A stretch of 64,000 nt of DNA, from the NCBI RefSeq assembly GCF_963676685.1, contig NC_092346.1, positions 63,054,001 through 63,118,000 on the forward strand, written 5' to 3'. Under the pieces are notes generated by a model that had not been told where the DNA came from, searched no databases, and saw nothing but the letters and a program-made list of their open reading frames with translations. This document shows positions 62,594-64,000 of the stretch, one piece after another; the stretch's first letter is position 1; each line of letters begins with the position of its first letter. Source of the DNA: Mytilus edulis (Eukaryota). The translations under genes were made by a program, and so were the position numbers.

Positions 62594-63584
62594 ATCTGTT
62601 ATCGCTATTTTACCTATGACAACGTTGTTAATTTCATTGACAGCGGGCAGGTGCGCCTTTAGTTTCTAGCGATTATTTTTCATATAACTCTATACTGTGC
62701 CGAGAAAGGAAATTTCGTAAAATACTGTTAAAATACAATATTTAACATATGCAAATATAGATTTGTTGTTCACAAAAAACATGTTATAGATGTAATGCCT
62801 TTTAGTATCTTATCTTCTTTTATTTTTAAAAGACTGAATCGGAAACGTTACCAAATGGGTAAGACACTCAAATGTAACACGTTTTACGTTAAACATGTAG
62901 GCATTCAGATTCGTCGTTTTTCTGAGGTTTTTAAGGGAGTATAAAAACAGTCACCTGCGCCATGCGTGAACATTATATGGAAGATTGTAATCGCTCAAAT
63001 ACTTCAATTTGAGGGATGTCATGTCTTGTATATTTTCCTTGTTTAGGCTAAAATCAAATATACAAATACCAATGACAAAGTGTCTACAAAAGAACAACTA
63101 TGGACAATTGTCATCAAAAAAGAGAGTTTGGGAAGGGGAAATCATAATGTATAACTAAATGGAAGGCAGGAGAAAATTCCTAATCAGACCGTAGAAAGTA
63201 GAAAGAATATGTGTTATTTGTCTACAATACTTATCAAAGTTTAAAACATTATATCTTAATTGAAAGTTTGGCATTTTGCAAAGAAACTTCTTGATATGCA
63301 ATGTCAATGTGTTAAACATTATAATATTCTATACCACATTAAAATAGCAATTGATAATTTTCTTTTCAGTGTTTCAAATATAGAACTACGGACTATGATG
63401 GACTGTGATAGAAAATTTGAGAAACCAATATCTTCAAGTCATTTGTTCCACACAGACAATTCTGGACGTACGTACCTATTAATGCTTTTGTTAATCTTCA
63501 TGTGCATTTCGATGATTGGCAATTTTGCAAAAGGTTTTATGTTTTAAAAGATCTATACACATTTACATAATGTCGTTGTTTAAA

Positions 63585-63770
63585 GAGTTATCGAAGGTAC
63601 CAGGATTATACTTTAGTACGCCAGACGCGCGTTTTGTCTACATAAGACTCATCAGTGACGCTCATATCAAAATATTTATAAAGCCAAACAAGTACAAAGT
63701 TGAAGAGCGTTGAGGATCCAAAATTCCAAAAAGTAGTGCCAAATACGGCTAAGGTAATGCCTGGGATAAA
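63585..63770. repeat. Interspersed repeat family, unclassified
   Basis: TACGCCAGACGCGCGTTTTGTCTAC...CATCAGTGACGCTC...GTTGAAGAGC.TTGAG, with related copies at ~55160-55425 (reverse), ~58060-58150 and ~59095-59360. Confidence 0.65.
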
Positions 63771-64000
63771 GGTGTTCAAAGACATTTTTACATTTTCAGA
63801 AACTAATGATACTTAGATTATATGGATATTTAAATTATTTTTTATTTGTATTGGGCTTGTTTCAATATTCATTTCGTTTCAACTAGATAAAAAATCTGTT
63901 TTGAAATATAATCTATTATTAAATAGATACATAACAATTGTTAAAAGGTAAATATGAAAAAACGTGTATACGACTGAATCGTATATTTGTAAATTATGAA

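Noticed and set aside
1-64000. tRNA/rRNA genes or prokaryotic/viral defence systems
   Set aside because: No recognisable structural RNA genes or operon-like organisation were seen by eye; tRNAscan-SE or Infernal would be needed to exclude small RNAs.

Overview
AT-rich, intron-rich animal genomic DNA; the repeat content resembles a bivalve such as Mytilus (inference). I assembled three host genes exon by exon from GT-AG sites with consistent phases, all ciliary/axonemal: SPATA17 (+, 4491-16817, 10 exons), IFT43 (-, 44801-34206, up to 11 exons including candidate 9-nt and 33-nt exons) and a 16-exon TEX45/SAXO5-like repeat protein (+, 47569-60843). Between the 3' ends of SPATA17 and IFT43 lies a ~12.9-kb CMC/EnSpm (CACTA-type) DNA transposon (18632-31492). 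It carries two intact, spliced, divergent genes: a ~903-aa Tnp2-family DDE transposase (-) and a ~776-aa protein (+) with a C-terminal BEN domain and a 7x23-aa S/Q/P repeat. Both element ends are packed with an AG(G/A)CGGA motif. This is the most interesting system here, with BEN as a candidate functional analogue of En/Spm TnpA. The remainder is non-autonomous TEs: a Kolobok-like element with TTAA TSD, Helentron-type elements with ~160-bp arrays, TA-TSD MITEs, a hAT-like element with 5-bp TSD, SINE-like repeats, and CR1 and Penelope fragments. Most short ORFs in the track are spurious or are single exons. All family assignments come from recognising motifs by eye; no searches were run.
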